From the NCBI GenBank assembly GCA_029547605.1, contig JAKPPB010000003.1:36212-100211 (forward strand): a stretch of 64,000 nucleotides of DNA. Reading direction: 5' to 3'. This document shows positions 18,895 through 28,018 of the stretch, piece by piece. The number at the start of each line of letters is the position of its first letter. The stretch's first letter is position 1. The translations under genes were made by a program, and so were the position numbers. The DNA is from Methanobacteriota archaeon (GTDB taxonomy: Archaea; Halobacteriota; Methanomicrobia; Methanomicrobiales; Methanospirillaceae). The notes below the pieces were generated by a model. The model had not been told where the DNA came from, did no database searches, and saw only the letters and a list, made by a program, of their open reading frames with translations.

Positions 18895-19097
18895 AGAAAA
18901 AGAGGACGATCAACAGGTACCGCTGAAGGGATGAACACCCCATATTCCCCTCCGAAAGACCCAGGGGGGTTGAGACCCGATACAAATTATCTTTCATGCA
19001 TCTGAGAAAGGCACACATTATCCATTTGCAGAAGGAATTGGGAGTGATCCCGCGATAATTCAATAAAAACCAAAAAAAGAGCCTGATAAATGTGGCC

Positions 19098-20234
19098 TTA
19101 GCCCAACTCGTCCCATTTCCGGCGTCGGCGGAAGATGAGAAGCGCGATCACGGCGACCACCGCGATTACCGCCACTGCAATGACGATCACGATCCCCCCG
19201 GTGAGGACGCCGGCAAACATGGTACCCACTGCAGCGAAGGGATTTGCATCGAGCTGCTCCTTCAGCTTGAGTGCTTCGGCAAGAGCCTCGTCTGCCTTCA
19301 CCCTTGCATCGTTTGTTTTGGATACTGCCTGGTCGTATTCTTTCCTCGAGAGTTCATCTTTTGCCGCGCTGACGAGGTTTGCAGCATTGTCATAGGCAAG
19401 GATGATCGGGGTAAGGCGGGGATCTGAACTCATGCTCCTGTTCACCCTGAAATCGGTGATGAGGGCATTCGCCTGCCCGATGACCGCGTCCACCTCATTG
19501 ATGGTCTTTTGTATCCCCAGTTCCCTGGCAAGCACTTCTGCCTCGGCGATTGCAGCGTTGGCGGTGTTCAGCGACTGCTGGGCCTTTGAATAATCAGAGG
19601 CGGTTTCCGCGCTGTGGATAGCGGAACTGGCTTCAGAATATTTCTGCTCGACCGGAGAGACATCGACGCCTGATGCGATAAGCTGGTCAATCTGCCCCCT
19701 GAGCGCCGAGAGCGTGTTCTTGGCCTGGCTGATGGAGGTCCCTATCTGGGCAGGGTTGATCACCATCTTCTTCTTGACCACCTCGGAACTCGCGATCTTT
19801 GCACCCCTGCTGTCAAGCTCCCTCACCGCAATGACAATCTTCTCTTCAGAGCTGCTCACGGTGGGTGCGAGCCCCTCCATGGTCACTTTCATGGAGAGTT
19901 CACGCTTTGAAGGATAAGAGAGGAGCCAGCCGTTGATATTGATGTTCTGACCGACTTCAGTCTTGGATGGGTTATCGATCCCGTCCAGCACGATCGCATA
20001 TGTCCAGCTGGGATTGGCCATTTCGCTTGCAAGCTGCAGGCTGTTCGCATCATCGAACGTATACCCTCCGCTGGGGGGGAAATTGATGATAAAGGTTGAC
20101 CTGACCTGGGTCTGCCCTGAGACAAGGTCCGTTGAGGGCGTGATGGCAATGTTACCAACCGATATTGCTGCAACGCCCTGTACCACAAGACAGAAAAGGG
20201 CGATGAATGTCACACACTTCCAGTAGCTCCTCAT
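19098..20234 (-). CDS. type-I membrane-anchored extracellular protein (signal peptide, helical/coiled-coil region, C-terminal TM anchor)
   Basis: The signal peptide is 'MRSYWKCVTFIALFCLVVQGVAA'. The central region is rich in Ala/Gln/Glu heptad-like sequence. The C-terminus is 'GIVIVIAVAVIAVVAVIALLIFRRRRKWDELG'. The ATG lies 5 nt downstream of the cetZ stop. Confidence 0.6.
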   Translation of the reverse strand: MRSYWKCVTFIALFCLVVQGVAAISVGNIAITPSTDLVSGQTQVRSTFIINFPPSGGYTFDDANSLQLASEMANPSWTYAIVLDGIDNPSKTEVGQNININGWLLSYPSKRELSMKVTMEGLAPTVSSSEEKIVIAVRELDSRGAKIASSEVVKKKMVINPAQIGTSISQAKNTLSALRGQIDQLIASGVDVSPVEQKYSEASSAIHSAETASDYSKAQQSLNTANAAIAEAEVLARELGIQKTINEVDAVIGQANALITDFRVNRSMSSDPRLTPIILAYDNAANLVSAAKDELSRKEYDQAVSKTNDARVKADEALAEALKLKEQLDANPFAAVGTMFAGVLTGGIVIVIAVAVIAVVAVIALLIFRRRRKWDELG

Positions 20235-20239
20235 GAATA

Positions 20240-21418
20240 TCACTCAAACAATGGTTCAATCTCATCTTCAAAGGAGAGAGGCTTCTTCTCCTCGATCTTT
20301 GCCGCATCGTCCCTCGTGGAACGGGCAATCTCCATCAACTCTTTAATCCGCGGGGCATTTCCTACCGTGGCGAGCACCACAACCGCGGCGACAAAATTGC
20401 TGTTCACCGGGTAATCTCCACCCCGGACCTCGACTCCCGCGATGTTCTCTTCAACCCAGCTCTTGGCCTTCTCGATACCTTTCCGATCAAGTTCATCGGG
20501 TGGACCTGCGACCAGCACAAGCGCACGTTCAGTGCTGCTGAAATCACAGGGGAGCGTGAGCCGGCCGAGCATCGCCCTCCGGACCAGGGAGATCACTTTT
20601 GCCGTCCTGTCCTCTCCCAGGAGGACCTCTTCGGTCGCCTCTTTCTTCCGGAGTGACCCCTTGATCCCATCGAAAATTCCCCCCACGGTTTTCTTCGGTT
20701 TCTTCGTCACGACCTCGGTGATCGCATACCCGACAGAGGTGATTCCGCCACCCCTGAGAGTGTTGATGATCTCGCTTGAGTCTACCACCATCTCACCGAT
20801 TCCGGCCGAACCCACCTCACCTGCCCGGAAGAGGACGCCAAACCTTCTGACGATCTCGTCGTTCAGCCGTGAAAATGCAGTTTTAATGCTCTCCCCTTCA
20901 TTTTTCCAGGCGCTGTTGTCAAAGATGAACGTGTTGTCTGCTTCCTTAACGAGCGTCGCGAGGCTTCTTGCGGCATTGAACGAATAGAGCTTTCCTTCCT
21001 CGGGTGCGGGAAGAATGCCAAGAACGTAGACAGGTTCCCGGTAGATTTTCTTCAACGATCTCGTCAGCACCGGCGTGCCACCCGAACCCGTGCCCCCGCC
21101 GAGCCCCGCGACGATCATGAATGCATCAATGTCATGGGTCCCCCGCTTGTCAATAGCACTGATGATGCTGTCAATCTCGTCAAAGGTGACCTTTGCCCCC
21201 ATGGCGTTGTCTGTACCCACGCCATGACCTTTGACAACGGTCTGCCCGATGAGAATGCGGTCTTTCATCTCGATATGCTTCAAACCCATCAGGTCGGTGC
21301 GAGCGGTATTGACGGCAATGCCCCGAAAGCTGTTCCGTCCAAGTTTCTTGTCCTGCTCCAGGAACATGTCCACGATCTTCCCGCCTGCCTGACCGAAACC
21401 GATGAAGAATATTCTCAT
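20240..21418 (-). CDS. cetZ: tubulin/FtsZ-superfamily protein, CetZ type
   Basis: 'MRIFFIGFGQAGGKIVD' and the tubulin signature 'AGLGGGTGSGGTPVL' are present. The roughly 390-aa length and the absence of an FtsZ C-terminal peptide fit CetZ. Confidence 0.8.
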   Translation of the reverse strand: MRIFFIGFGQAGGKIVDMFLEQDKKLGRNSFRGIAVNTARTDLMGLKHIEMKDRILIGQTVVKGHGVGTDNAMGAKVTFDEIDSIISAIDKRGTHDIDAFMIVAGLGGGTGSGGTPVLTRSLKKIYREPVYVLGILPAPEEGKLYSFNAARSLATLVKEADNTFIFDNSAWKNEGESIKTAFSRLNDEIVRRFGVLFRAGEVGSAGIGEMVVDSSEIINTLRGGGITSVGYAITEVVTKKPKKTVGGIFDGIKGSLRKKEATEEVLLGEDRTAKVISLVRRAMLGRLTLPCDFSSTERALVLVAGPPDELDRKGIEKAKSWVEENIAGVEVRGGDYPVNSNFVAAVVVLATVGNAPRIKELMEIARSTRDDAAKIEEKKPLSFEDEIEPLFE

Positions 21419-21600
21419 GAAACCGACCTACCAGCCCACAAATTACGCAAGATGCTCAAATTGCCTCAATGGATATGGTTTCTTCCGGGAGTTCAAATAC
21501 TTTCCTTCTTCCCCATCTGGTGCAAACTGAATTTAATTGCGATATTTGGAATCCGGAGCCTTTTTCATCCCCTTTTCCCAACCTATAATGAGCGCCGGAC

Positions 21601-22827
21601 ATGAGGATCTGCATCATTGGCGGAGGCCTGACAGGCCTTACTGCGGCCTATCATCTTGGGCGGAAACACGAAGTAGATCTCTACGAGAAGCGTAGCTGCC
21701 TAGGGGGATGTATTTCATCGTACGAGATCGGGGACTACCGCATCGAGGAGTTTTACCATCACTGTTTTGCGGGAGACTCCCGCCTCTTCTCACTCATGGA
21801 TTCGCTCCGTATTGCAGACCGGCTGGAATGGCTGAGGGGAACCAGCGGGTACTATGCTGACGGTACAGTCTATCCCCTGAACTCGCCAGGAGAGATCCTT
21901 CGCTATCCCCTGCTGACCATCCCCGACAAGATACGGCTGGCACTCCTGACGATGCGTGCAAGGAAGATGGACTCAACTCCGCTGGATCGGATCACCGCCA
22001 GGGACTTTGTTGTCCGGGAGGTCGGAGAGCGTGTCTACCGTTCGTTCTTCGAGCCTCTCCTCACCAGCAAGTTCGGGGACAGGAGGGACGATATCTCTGC
22101 AGCATGGCTCGTCAGCCGTATCGCGATACGGTCCAACCGTGGCCTTTCCGGGGAGCGGCTTGGATACCTGAAGGGGGGGTTCTTCACATTGATCGAGGCA
22201 CTCTCAGATGAGGTGGGGAGGCATTGCGTGATACGGCTCCAGGACCCGGCAACCTCGCTCTCGCGGGAGCCCTATGGATGGAGGGTGAACGGGCAGCGGT
22301 ACGATGCGGTCATCTCCACCATCCCCCCTCACACCGTCCCCGGGGGAGTTCTTTCAGACCTCCCCGGGATCCCCTACCAGGGGGCAGCATGCATGCTCAT
22401 TTCGCTGGACCATGACGTCACGTCCGGCATCTACTGGCTGAACATGAAAGACCCGGCCCCGTACGGGGCAGTCGTCGCCCATACCAACTTCGTTCCCCTC
22501 GAGCGCTACGGGGAGCACCTCGTGTACCTGGCTTCCTACTTCCAGGACACCCTCCCTCCAAGGAAAGACCAGGCGATGCTAGACGACTTCTGCCAGAGGT
22601 TCCATGTGCAGCCGGACCACATCCGGTGGCACAGGATGGCAGTCGAACAATCCGCGGGGCCTCTCTATTCTACCGGATTCCGCGAACGTGTCCTGCCGTA
22701 CCAGGAGAAAGGCCTCTTTTTGGCCGGGATGTTCTCAAGGCCAAACTATCCCGAGCGAAGCATGGAGGGGGCCGTGTGCGCCGGGGAAGAGGTCGCCGCC
22801 CTGCTCACCCGGGAGGAAAGGGCCTGA
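21601..22827 (+). CDS. FAD-dependent oxidoreductase (amine oxidase / protoporphyrinogen-oxidase-like fold)
   Basis: It carries the N-terminal dinucleotide-binding motif 'MRICIIGGGLTGLTAAYHL...DLYEK'. Confidence 0.7.
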   Translation: MRICIIGGGLTGLTAAYHLGRKHEVDLYEKRSCLGGCISSYEIGDYRIEEFYHHCFAGDSRLFSLMDSLRIADRLEWLRGTSGYYADGTVYPLNSPGEILRYPLLTIPDKIRLALLTMRARKMDSTPLDRITARDFVVREVGERVYRSFFEPLLTSKFGDRRDDISAAWLVSRIAIRSNRGLSGERLGYLKGGFFTLIEALSDEVGRHCVIRLQDPATSLSREPYGWRVNGQRYDAVISTIPPHTVPGGVLSDLPGIPYQGAACMLISLDHDVTSGIYWLNMKDPAPYGAVVAHTNFVPLERYGEHLVYLASYFQDTLPPRKDQAMLDDFCQRFHVQPDHIRWHRMAVEQSAGPLYSTGFRERVLPYQEKGLFLAGMFSRPNYPERSMEGAVCAGEEVAALLTREERA

Positions 22828-22828
22828 C

Positions 22829-23545
22829 ATGGAGGGCACGGAAGTCACTGCTGTCATCCCCGTGTACAATGACAGGGAGAGCCTTCGGACAGCGATACCC
22901 AGGTCAATCGAGGCTCTGAAGGATATCGACCCGGGTTTCGAACTCATTGTCGCTGAAGACGGGAGCACTGATGGAAGCGCGGATGAGGTCATGGCATGGG
23001 AACAGCGGGACTCCCGCATCAGGCTCCTTCACAGCGATACACGGCTGGGCAGGGGCAGGGCCCTCACCAGGGCATTTGGCGAGGCCCGGGGACGCATCGT
23101 CTGCTATTACGACGTGGATCTTGCCACAGATATCTCCCACCTCCCCGAGTTGATCGTGGCCATCCGTGAGGGGGCCGATATCGCTACCGGCTCCCGGCTC
23201 CTGCCCGGGAGCACGATCCAGAGGAGCGGCGGTCGCGAGCTCGCAAGCCGTGGGTACAACTTCATGGTGCGCACAATTCTCGGGAGCCGGCTCTATGACC
23301 ACCAGTGCGGGTTCAAGGCATTCCGGAAGGACCGTCTCATGCGTCTCCTCCCATCTGTCCGGGATCCCCACTGGTTCTGGGATACCGAGGTGCTGATTCG
23401 ATCACAGCGGAGAGGGTACCGGGTCGTCGAGTTCCCGGTCCGCTGGAGAGAAGGATCCGGGACGACGGTGAGGAAGAACGACGTCTTCCGGATGGGAAAG
23501 GCGGTTCTTGGGTTATGGTGGCAACTGCATGTGGAGAAAGATTAG
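22829..23545 (+). CDS. family-2 glycosyltransferase (dolichyl-phosphate sugar synthase-like)
   Basis: 'VIPVYNDRESL...IVAEDGSTDGS...YDVDLATD' is a GT2 DxD-type signature. ATG 22829 lies 1 nt after the upstream stop. The long ORF from 22604 is an overlap artefact. Confidence 0.85.
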   Translation: MEGTEVTAVIPVYNDRESLRTAIPRSIEALKDIDPGFELIVAEDGSTDGSADEVMAWEQRDSRIRLLHSDTRLGRGRALTRAFGEARGRIVCYYDVDLATDISHLPELIVAIREGADIATGSRLLPGSTIQRSGGRELASRGYNFMVRTILGSRLYDHQCGFKAFRKDRLMRLLPSVRDPHWFWDTEVLIRSQRRGYRVVEFPVRWREGSGTTVRKNDVFRMGKAVLGLWWQLHVEKD

Positions 23546-24500
23546 CACCATCATCGTCTCTACCGCGATTGCCGTGGGGATCATCGCGTTCATGCTCTTT
23601 CGCATATGGGACGACCTCATTGTCGCCCTCGGGCATGCCGTATGGTATTACCTGCTCCTTGCCTCGATCGTATGCCTCGGCGCCTGGTGGGTGAGAGGTA
23701 TTCGATACAGGAGTATCCTCTCCTCCCTCGGGGTTCTTGTCGGAGTGAACTTCTCTACGGGGTGCATCTTCGTATCGCAGACCGCAAACCTCATCGTGCC
23801 CGCACGGCTCGGCGACCTGGTCAGGATCTTCATTCTCGGGCACGAGAAGCACGCCCCTGTCTCGAAGGGGATCTCGTCCCTCGTCGTGGAGCGGGTGTTT
23901 GATATCGTGACAGTTGCCCTCCTCGGGGCCATATCCCTCCTTTTTGTCCTGGACGTCCCCGACTGGTTCTATACCCTCATCCTGCTTCCCCTCGCAGCCG
24001 GGGCAGTATTCTTCGCGGTCCTCCTCTTTGCCGGGAAGTACACATCGGAAAACAGGATCATCCGGACCCTGCTCACCATCATGGAGCAGATAAAGGAGGC
24101 GTCTCTTTCCGTCAGGGCAGTGATCTTTCTTTCCGGCAGTTCCATCCTCATATGGCTGATGGACGTAATGGTGTGCATCTTTGTCGTCATGATGTTCCAG
24201 GAAGTGATACCCTTCGCAGTGGTGGTCCTCGCAATCGTGGTGGGAAACCTCGTGAAGGCAGTCCCCCTCACCCCCGGCGGGGTTGGGACATACGAGCTGG
24301 CCCTTGCCCTCACCTTCACGCTTGCGGGAGTCCCTGCCGCGGAGGCGGCGATGATCGCAGTCGTCGATCACCTGGTCAAGAACCTCATCACGCTCGGCGG
24401 TGGGATCGCCTCTATCTATTATTTTGGCGGCTGGGTCCTCGAAAGCATAAAGAGCGCCTTCGAGAAGCGATTTGGGGGGATAAAACCTGGCGGGGTATGA
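23529..24500 (+). CDS. UPF0104 / lysyl-PG-synthase-TM-region ('flippase-like') membrane protein
   Basis: It is polytopic and carries 'LIVPARLGDLVRIFIL' and 'LTPGGVGTYELAL', which are family-typical motifs. Confidence 0.7.
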   Translation: MWRKISTIIVSTAIAVGIIAFMLFRIWDDLIVALGHAVWYYLLLASIVCLGAWWVRGIRYRSILSSLGVLVGVNFSTGCIFVSQTANLIVPARLGDLVRIFILGHEKHAPVSKGISSLVVERVFDIVTVALLGAISLLFVLDVPDWFYTLILLPLAAGAVFFAVLLFAGKYTSENRIIRTLLTIMEQIKEASLSVRAVIFLSGSSILIWLMDVMVCIFVVMMFQEVIPFAVVVLAIVVGNLVKAVPLTPGGVGTYELALALTFTLAGVPAAEAAMIAVVDHLVKNLITLGGGIASIYYFGGWVLESIKSAFEKRFGGIKPGGV

Positions 24501-24762
24501 ATTCCAGGTACTGGCAGTCATCTCCTGGCTGATCCTGCTCTTCTTCCTCCACCTTGCCCTCTGGCCGTTCCTGAAAGGTTCATTCCGCGAGTTCGCCTAC
24601 CCCGTCTCTTTCCCGGCATCCGTCCTTGCCTTCTCTCTCCTCTCCTGGTATTGCGGGCTCCTTCGCCTCCCGATAGTTGTCGCACTCGTCCCCTTCGCAG
24701 TTCTCTTTCTGCGGGCCGCATGGAAAGGCGAATACTCGAGGAATGCATTCGATGGCCAGGGG

Positions 24763-26622
24763 GTGTGGGTGTTCCTCTTCCTGCTCTTCTTCTTTGCGAT
24801 GGTGAGCGTGAGGTTTGTCAACCCGAGCATCTCGTATGCGGAGAAGTTCATGGACCATGCGTTTCTCGCCTCTATCATGCGGGTGCCGGTCGTTCCCCCG
24901 CTTGACCCGTGGTTCCTGGGAGGATACCTGGATGTCTACTATTACTTCGGATACTGGATGATCGGTGCGCTGGGAATCGTGAGCGGGGTGCCTTCGTATA
25001 TCACCTTTAACCTGGCACTGCCGACTGTGCTCGGGCTCTCTGCGATGATGATGTACGCGCTGGGACGCCTTCTCGCGCGACGGTTTGCATACCTCACCCT
25101 TGCCACATTTCTTGTCGCAAACCCGTCTTTTCTCTGGCAGATCATGCAGGGGAAGAGCCTGGGGACTGTCTTCTGGGACAGCACGCGGACCATTCCCGAC
25201 ACAATCAACGAGTATCCCCTCTTCTCATTCCTGTGGGGAGACGTACATCCCCATGTGATTGGGATCTTCAACCAGGTGCTCTTCCTCTTCATCCTCGTCT
25301 ATGCCTTGACCCGTTGGCAATCGCTCAGGCCGCGGGAACGCCTTTCAGTCATTCTCATTGCGGCGATCAGCCTCGGTGCAATGCCGCTCATCAACACCTG
25401 GGACGTTCTCGTCTATGCCCCTGTAACTGTCCTCATAGGTCTCGTGATATGGTACAAAGGGGGAACGCCATCTCCTCCCCCAGGAGCCGGGAACCTTGAA
25501 ATCCTCCGATTGGCAACAAAGAGGGCAGTATCAGGAGTTTTTGGACTCCTGGGGGTGAACAAAGGAGAAAAAGAGAGGGGGGGTGCCGATGCCCTGCAAA
25601 AGATTTTGGGACACCCTGCTGCATTCCTCTTCCTCGTCCCGGTTGTCTCGGTCCTCCTCTACCTCCCTTTTTATTTCCAGATGAACACCCGGGGCATCCA
25701 GGGGGTGGGCTTTGTTCATACCCCGACCACCCCCGCGGATTTCCTCCTTGTCCACGGAATTTTCCTTGTCATCATGGTCCTCTACCTGTACCGGGATATT
25801 TGGAAGCGGCCCCTTCTCCTTCTCGTCCCTCTTGTTGTCTGGCTTTCCGGGCATGGCGCAGCCGCTCTCGCCGCCATCCCGCTTGTCTATCTCCTTTGCA
25901 GGCGGACGAGAACCCCATCGGAAGTGCTTGCAATTCTCGGACTCTCCATCGTCATCATGTGCGAAGGAGTCTACCTTATCGATAACATGGGGGAGACCTA
26001 CTACCGGATGAACACCATCTTCAAGTTCTATATCTCTGCCTGGCTGCTGATGGGTGCATCCTCGTTTGCGATGCTCGCAGAGATGATTGAACGGCGGGTT
26101 GGCGTGATCCGATCTCCGGTATGGCTCGGCAGGGCGGCACTGGCTGTAGTGGCAGTCTTTCTTCTGGTCACTCCTCTTGTCCTCCCCCTCGACTCCCCAT
26201 ACAGGGGCGCCACGCTGGACGGCCTTGACTACGTGAAATCAGCCTATCCTGGCGATGCGGAAGCGGTCGCATTCCTTCGGGCGCTCCCCGGTGTTCACGG
26301 CATCGTCGAAGCAATAGGGGGGGATTACACCTACTATTCCCGGATCTCATCCTTTACTGGGATCCCCGCCGTACTGGGATGGTCGTTCCATGAGTTCATG
26401 TGGCGCGATGATACAGACGGGTGGTATGGGAGACGGATTGAGGACGTCAGGACCATGTACGAGCGTCCTGACCGCACTGAATCCCTGATGCGGGCGTACA
26501 ATGCAACCCACATTTACGTGGGGGACCTCGAGCGGGAACAGTATGCCGTCAGGGTACACGAAGCCGGGCTATTTCCGGTGTACGACCGCGGAGGGGTCCA
26601 GATTTTCGCCCTTCCCAGCTGA
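24763..26622 (+). CDS. DUF2298-family large polytopic membrane protein (N-terminus apparently disrupted, see findings)
   Basis: The ORF in the track starts at GTG 24763. The same frame stays open and clearly TM-like back to 24484 (..VLAVISWLILLFFLHLALWPF..) with no ATG/GTG/TTG. An ATG at 24497, in ATGA overlap with the upstream stop, is in a different frame. Confidence 0.7.
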   Translation: MWVFLFLLFFFAMVSVRFVNPSISYAEKFMDHAFLASIMRVPVVPPLDPWFLGGYLDVYYYFGYWMIGALGIVSGVPSYITFNLALPTVLGLSAMMMYALGRLLARRFAYLTLATFLVANPSFLWQIMQGKSLGTVFWDSTRTIPDTINEYPLFSFLWGDVHPHVIGIFNQVLFLFILVYALTRWQSLRPRERLSVILIAAISLGAMPLINTWDVLVYAPVTVLIGLVIWYKGGTPSPPPGAGNLEILRLATKRAVSGVFGLLGVNKGEKERGGADALQKILGHPAAFLFLVPVVSVLLYLPFYFQMNTRGIQGVGFVHTPTTPADFLLVHGIFLVIMVLYLYRDIWKRPLLLLVPLVVWLSGHGAAALAAIPLVYLLCRRTRTPSEVLAILGLSIVIMCEGVYLIDNMGETYYRMNTIFKFYISAWLLMGASSFAMLAEMIERRVGVIRSPVWLGRAALAVVAVFLLVTPLVLPLDSPYRGATLDGLDYVKSAYPGDAEAVAFLRALPGVHGIVEAIGGDYTYYSRISSFTGIPAVLGWSFHEFMWRDDTDGWYGRRIEDVRTMYERPDRTESLMRAYNATHIYVGDLEREQYAVRVHEAGLFPVYDRGGVQIFALPS

Positions 26623-26761
26623 TTTCCGGCCTGAAATCCGGTGGAAAACCGCGATCTTCCAAACCTTTATGTCTGCATCTGTCGAAATGATATGGCTACA
26701 TCGTCGTCACTGACTGATGAGTGATGAGGGAGATTTACGCTACTCCTGAATGAGGTGAGTT

Positions 26762-27130
26762 ATGGCAAAGACATACGTGAAATTCCAGGTTTCTGAAGAG
26801 ATTCAGAACAAGGCCCTCGAAGCCCTGGAGGTCGCCAGGGACACAGGGAAGATCAAGAAGGGGTCAAACGAGGCGACGAAGGCAATTGAGCGCAGTATCG
26901 CCTCGCTTGTACTGATCGGAGCCGATGTGGAGCCGGAAGAGATTGTCATGCACCTTCCGCCGCTCTGCGAGGAGAAGAAGATCCCTTTCATCTTCATCAA
27001 CAAGCAGAACGACATCGGCACTGCCAGCGGGCTGGACGTGGGATCTGCTGCTGCCGCCATCGTCAAGCCCGGGAAAGCCAAGGAAATGATCGACGAGATC
27101 GCAAAACAGGTCGCCGATCTGAGAGCGTGA
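26762..27130 (+). CDS. rpl7ae: 50S ribosomal protein L7Ae (K-turn binding protein)
   Basis: '[46 protein letters not shown]' is the L7Ae/L30e signature. 122 aa. Confidence 0.95.
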   Translation: MAKTYVKFQVSEEIQNKALEALEVARDTGKIKKGSNEATKAIERSIASLVLIGADVEPEEIVMHLPPLCEEKKIPFIFINKQNDIGTASGLDVGSAAAAIVKPGKAKEMIDEIAKQVADLRA

Positions 27131-27137
27131 GCGGGCC

Positions 27138-27347
27138 ATGGCAGACGAAGGAACTCCCGCAGAGGTGATCGAAGTGATCGGCTCCACTGGAATGCATGGA
27201 GAGGCCATGCAGGTGAAGTGCAGGATCCTCGACGGCAACAACAAGGGCCGGATCATCACCCGCAACACGGTCGGACCCATCCGCGAGGGGGACGTGCTGA
27301 TGCTGCTGGAGACCGAGCGCGAGGCCAAGAAGCTCTCCCGGCGGTGA
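27138..27347 (+). CDS. rps28e: 30S ribosomal protein S28e
   Basis: '[28 protein letters not shown]...[16 protein letters not shown]'. 69 aa. Confidence 0.95.
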   Translation: MADEGTPAEVIEVIGSTGMHGEAMQVKCRILDGNNKGRIITRNTVGPIREGDVLMLLETEREAKKLSRR

Positions 27348-27354
27348 AGAGATC

Positions 27355-27546
27355 ATGGTCGAACAGAGAACCTGCAGTTTCTGCGGGGACGCAATCGAGC
27401 CGGGGACCGGCAAGATGTTCGTCCGGAAGGACGGCACGGTCTATTACTTCTGCAGCACCAAGTGCCAGAACAACCACAGGCTTGGCCGGGCCTCCCGGAG
27501 AGTGCCATGGACCCAGGCCGGAAGAAAGGCGATGGGGAAGGAGTGA
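27355..27546 (+). CDS. rpl24e: 50S ribosomal protein L24e
   Basis: '[33 protein letters not shown]' is the L24e zinc ribbon. 63 aa. Confidence 0.95.
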   Translation: MVEQRTCSFCGDAIEPGTGKMFVRKDGTVYYFCSTKCQNNHRLGRASRRVPWTQAGRKAMGKE

Positions 27547-27554
27547 ACCTTTCC

Positions 27555-28004
27555 ATGGACCGCACCTTCGTCATGGTCAAGCCTGACGGCGTAGCCAGGG
27601 GGCTTATCGGCGAAGTGATCACACGCCTTGAGCAGAAGGGCCTGAAGCTCGTTGCGGCACGCCTCGAGAGACTGCCCGAGAAGAGAGTCATGGAACAGTA
27701 CAGGGAGCACCTGGAGAAGCCGTTCTTCCCCTCCCTTCGCCACTACATAGAGAGCGGTCCCTGCTTCCTGATGGTCTGGGAAGGCAGGGATGCCGCGGCA
27801 GTGGTCCGGCGCATCGTCGGCGCGACGAACCCGGCGGAGGCTGCCCCCGGGACCATCCGGGGGGACCTTGCGGTGGACATCGGGAGGAACGTGATCCACG
27901 CGTCCGACTCCCCTGCGAGCGCTTCCCGCGAGATCGCCATCCACTTCCCCGCAACGGAGATTGTCTCCTATAAGCGTGTGGATGAAACGGTACTCTACGA
28001 GTGA
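27555..28004 (+). CDS. ndk: nucleoside diphosphate kinase
   Basis: '[22 protein letters not shown]' and 'NVIHASDS' (active-site His) are present. The start is taken at ATG 27555. Confidence 0.95.
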   Translation: MDRTFVMVKPDGVARGLIGEVITRLEQKGLKLVAARLERLPEKRVMEQYREHLEKPFFPSLRHYIESGPCFLMVWEGRDAAAVVRRIVGATNPAEAAPGTIRGDLAVDIGRNVIHASDSPASASREIAIHFPATEIVSYKRVDETVLYE

Positions 28005-28011
28005 CCCATCC

Positions 28012-28018
28012 TTTTTTT
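28012..28018 (+). terminator. oligo-T tract (archaeal-type terminator candidate) after the rpl7ae-rps28e-rpl24e-ndk unit
   Basis: A T7 run begins 8 nt after the ndk TGA. Confidence 0.45.

Noticed and set aside
23337-24521. Very long antisense or off-frame ORFs: 23337..24521 (394 aa), 59419..60318, 62164..63072, 58356..59216, 27688..28491, 29633..30541 and 15844..16494.
   Set aside because: All lie opposite or out of frame to genes with clear family signatures and have Arg/Gly/Pro-dominated low-complexity translations. They are the expected by-product of high GC content and scarce stop codons.
24497-24532. Programmed ribosomal frameshifting at the DUF2298 start.
   Set aside because: There is no slippery heptamer or downstream structure at the required position. 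A simple 1-nt indel (sequencing error or mutation) explains the pattern more economically. The observation is kept as a finding, but not as recoding.
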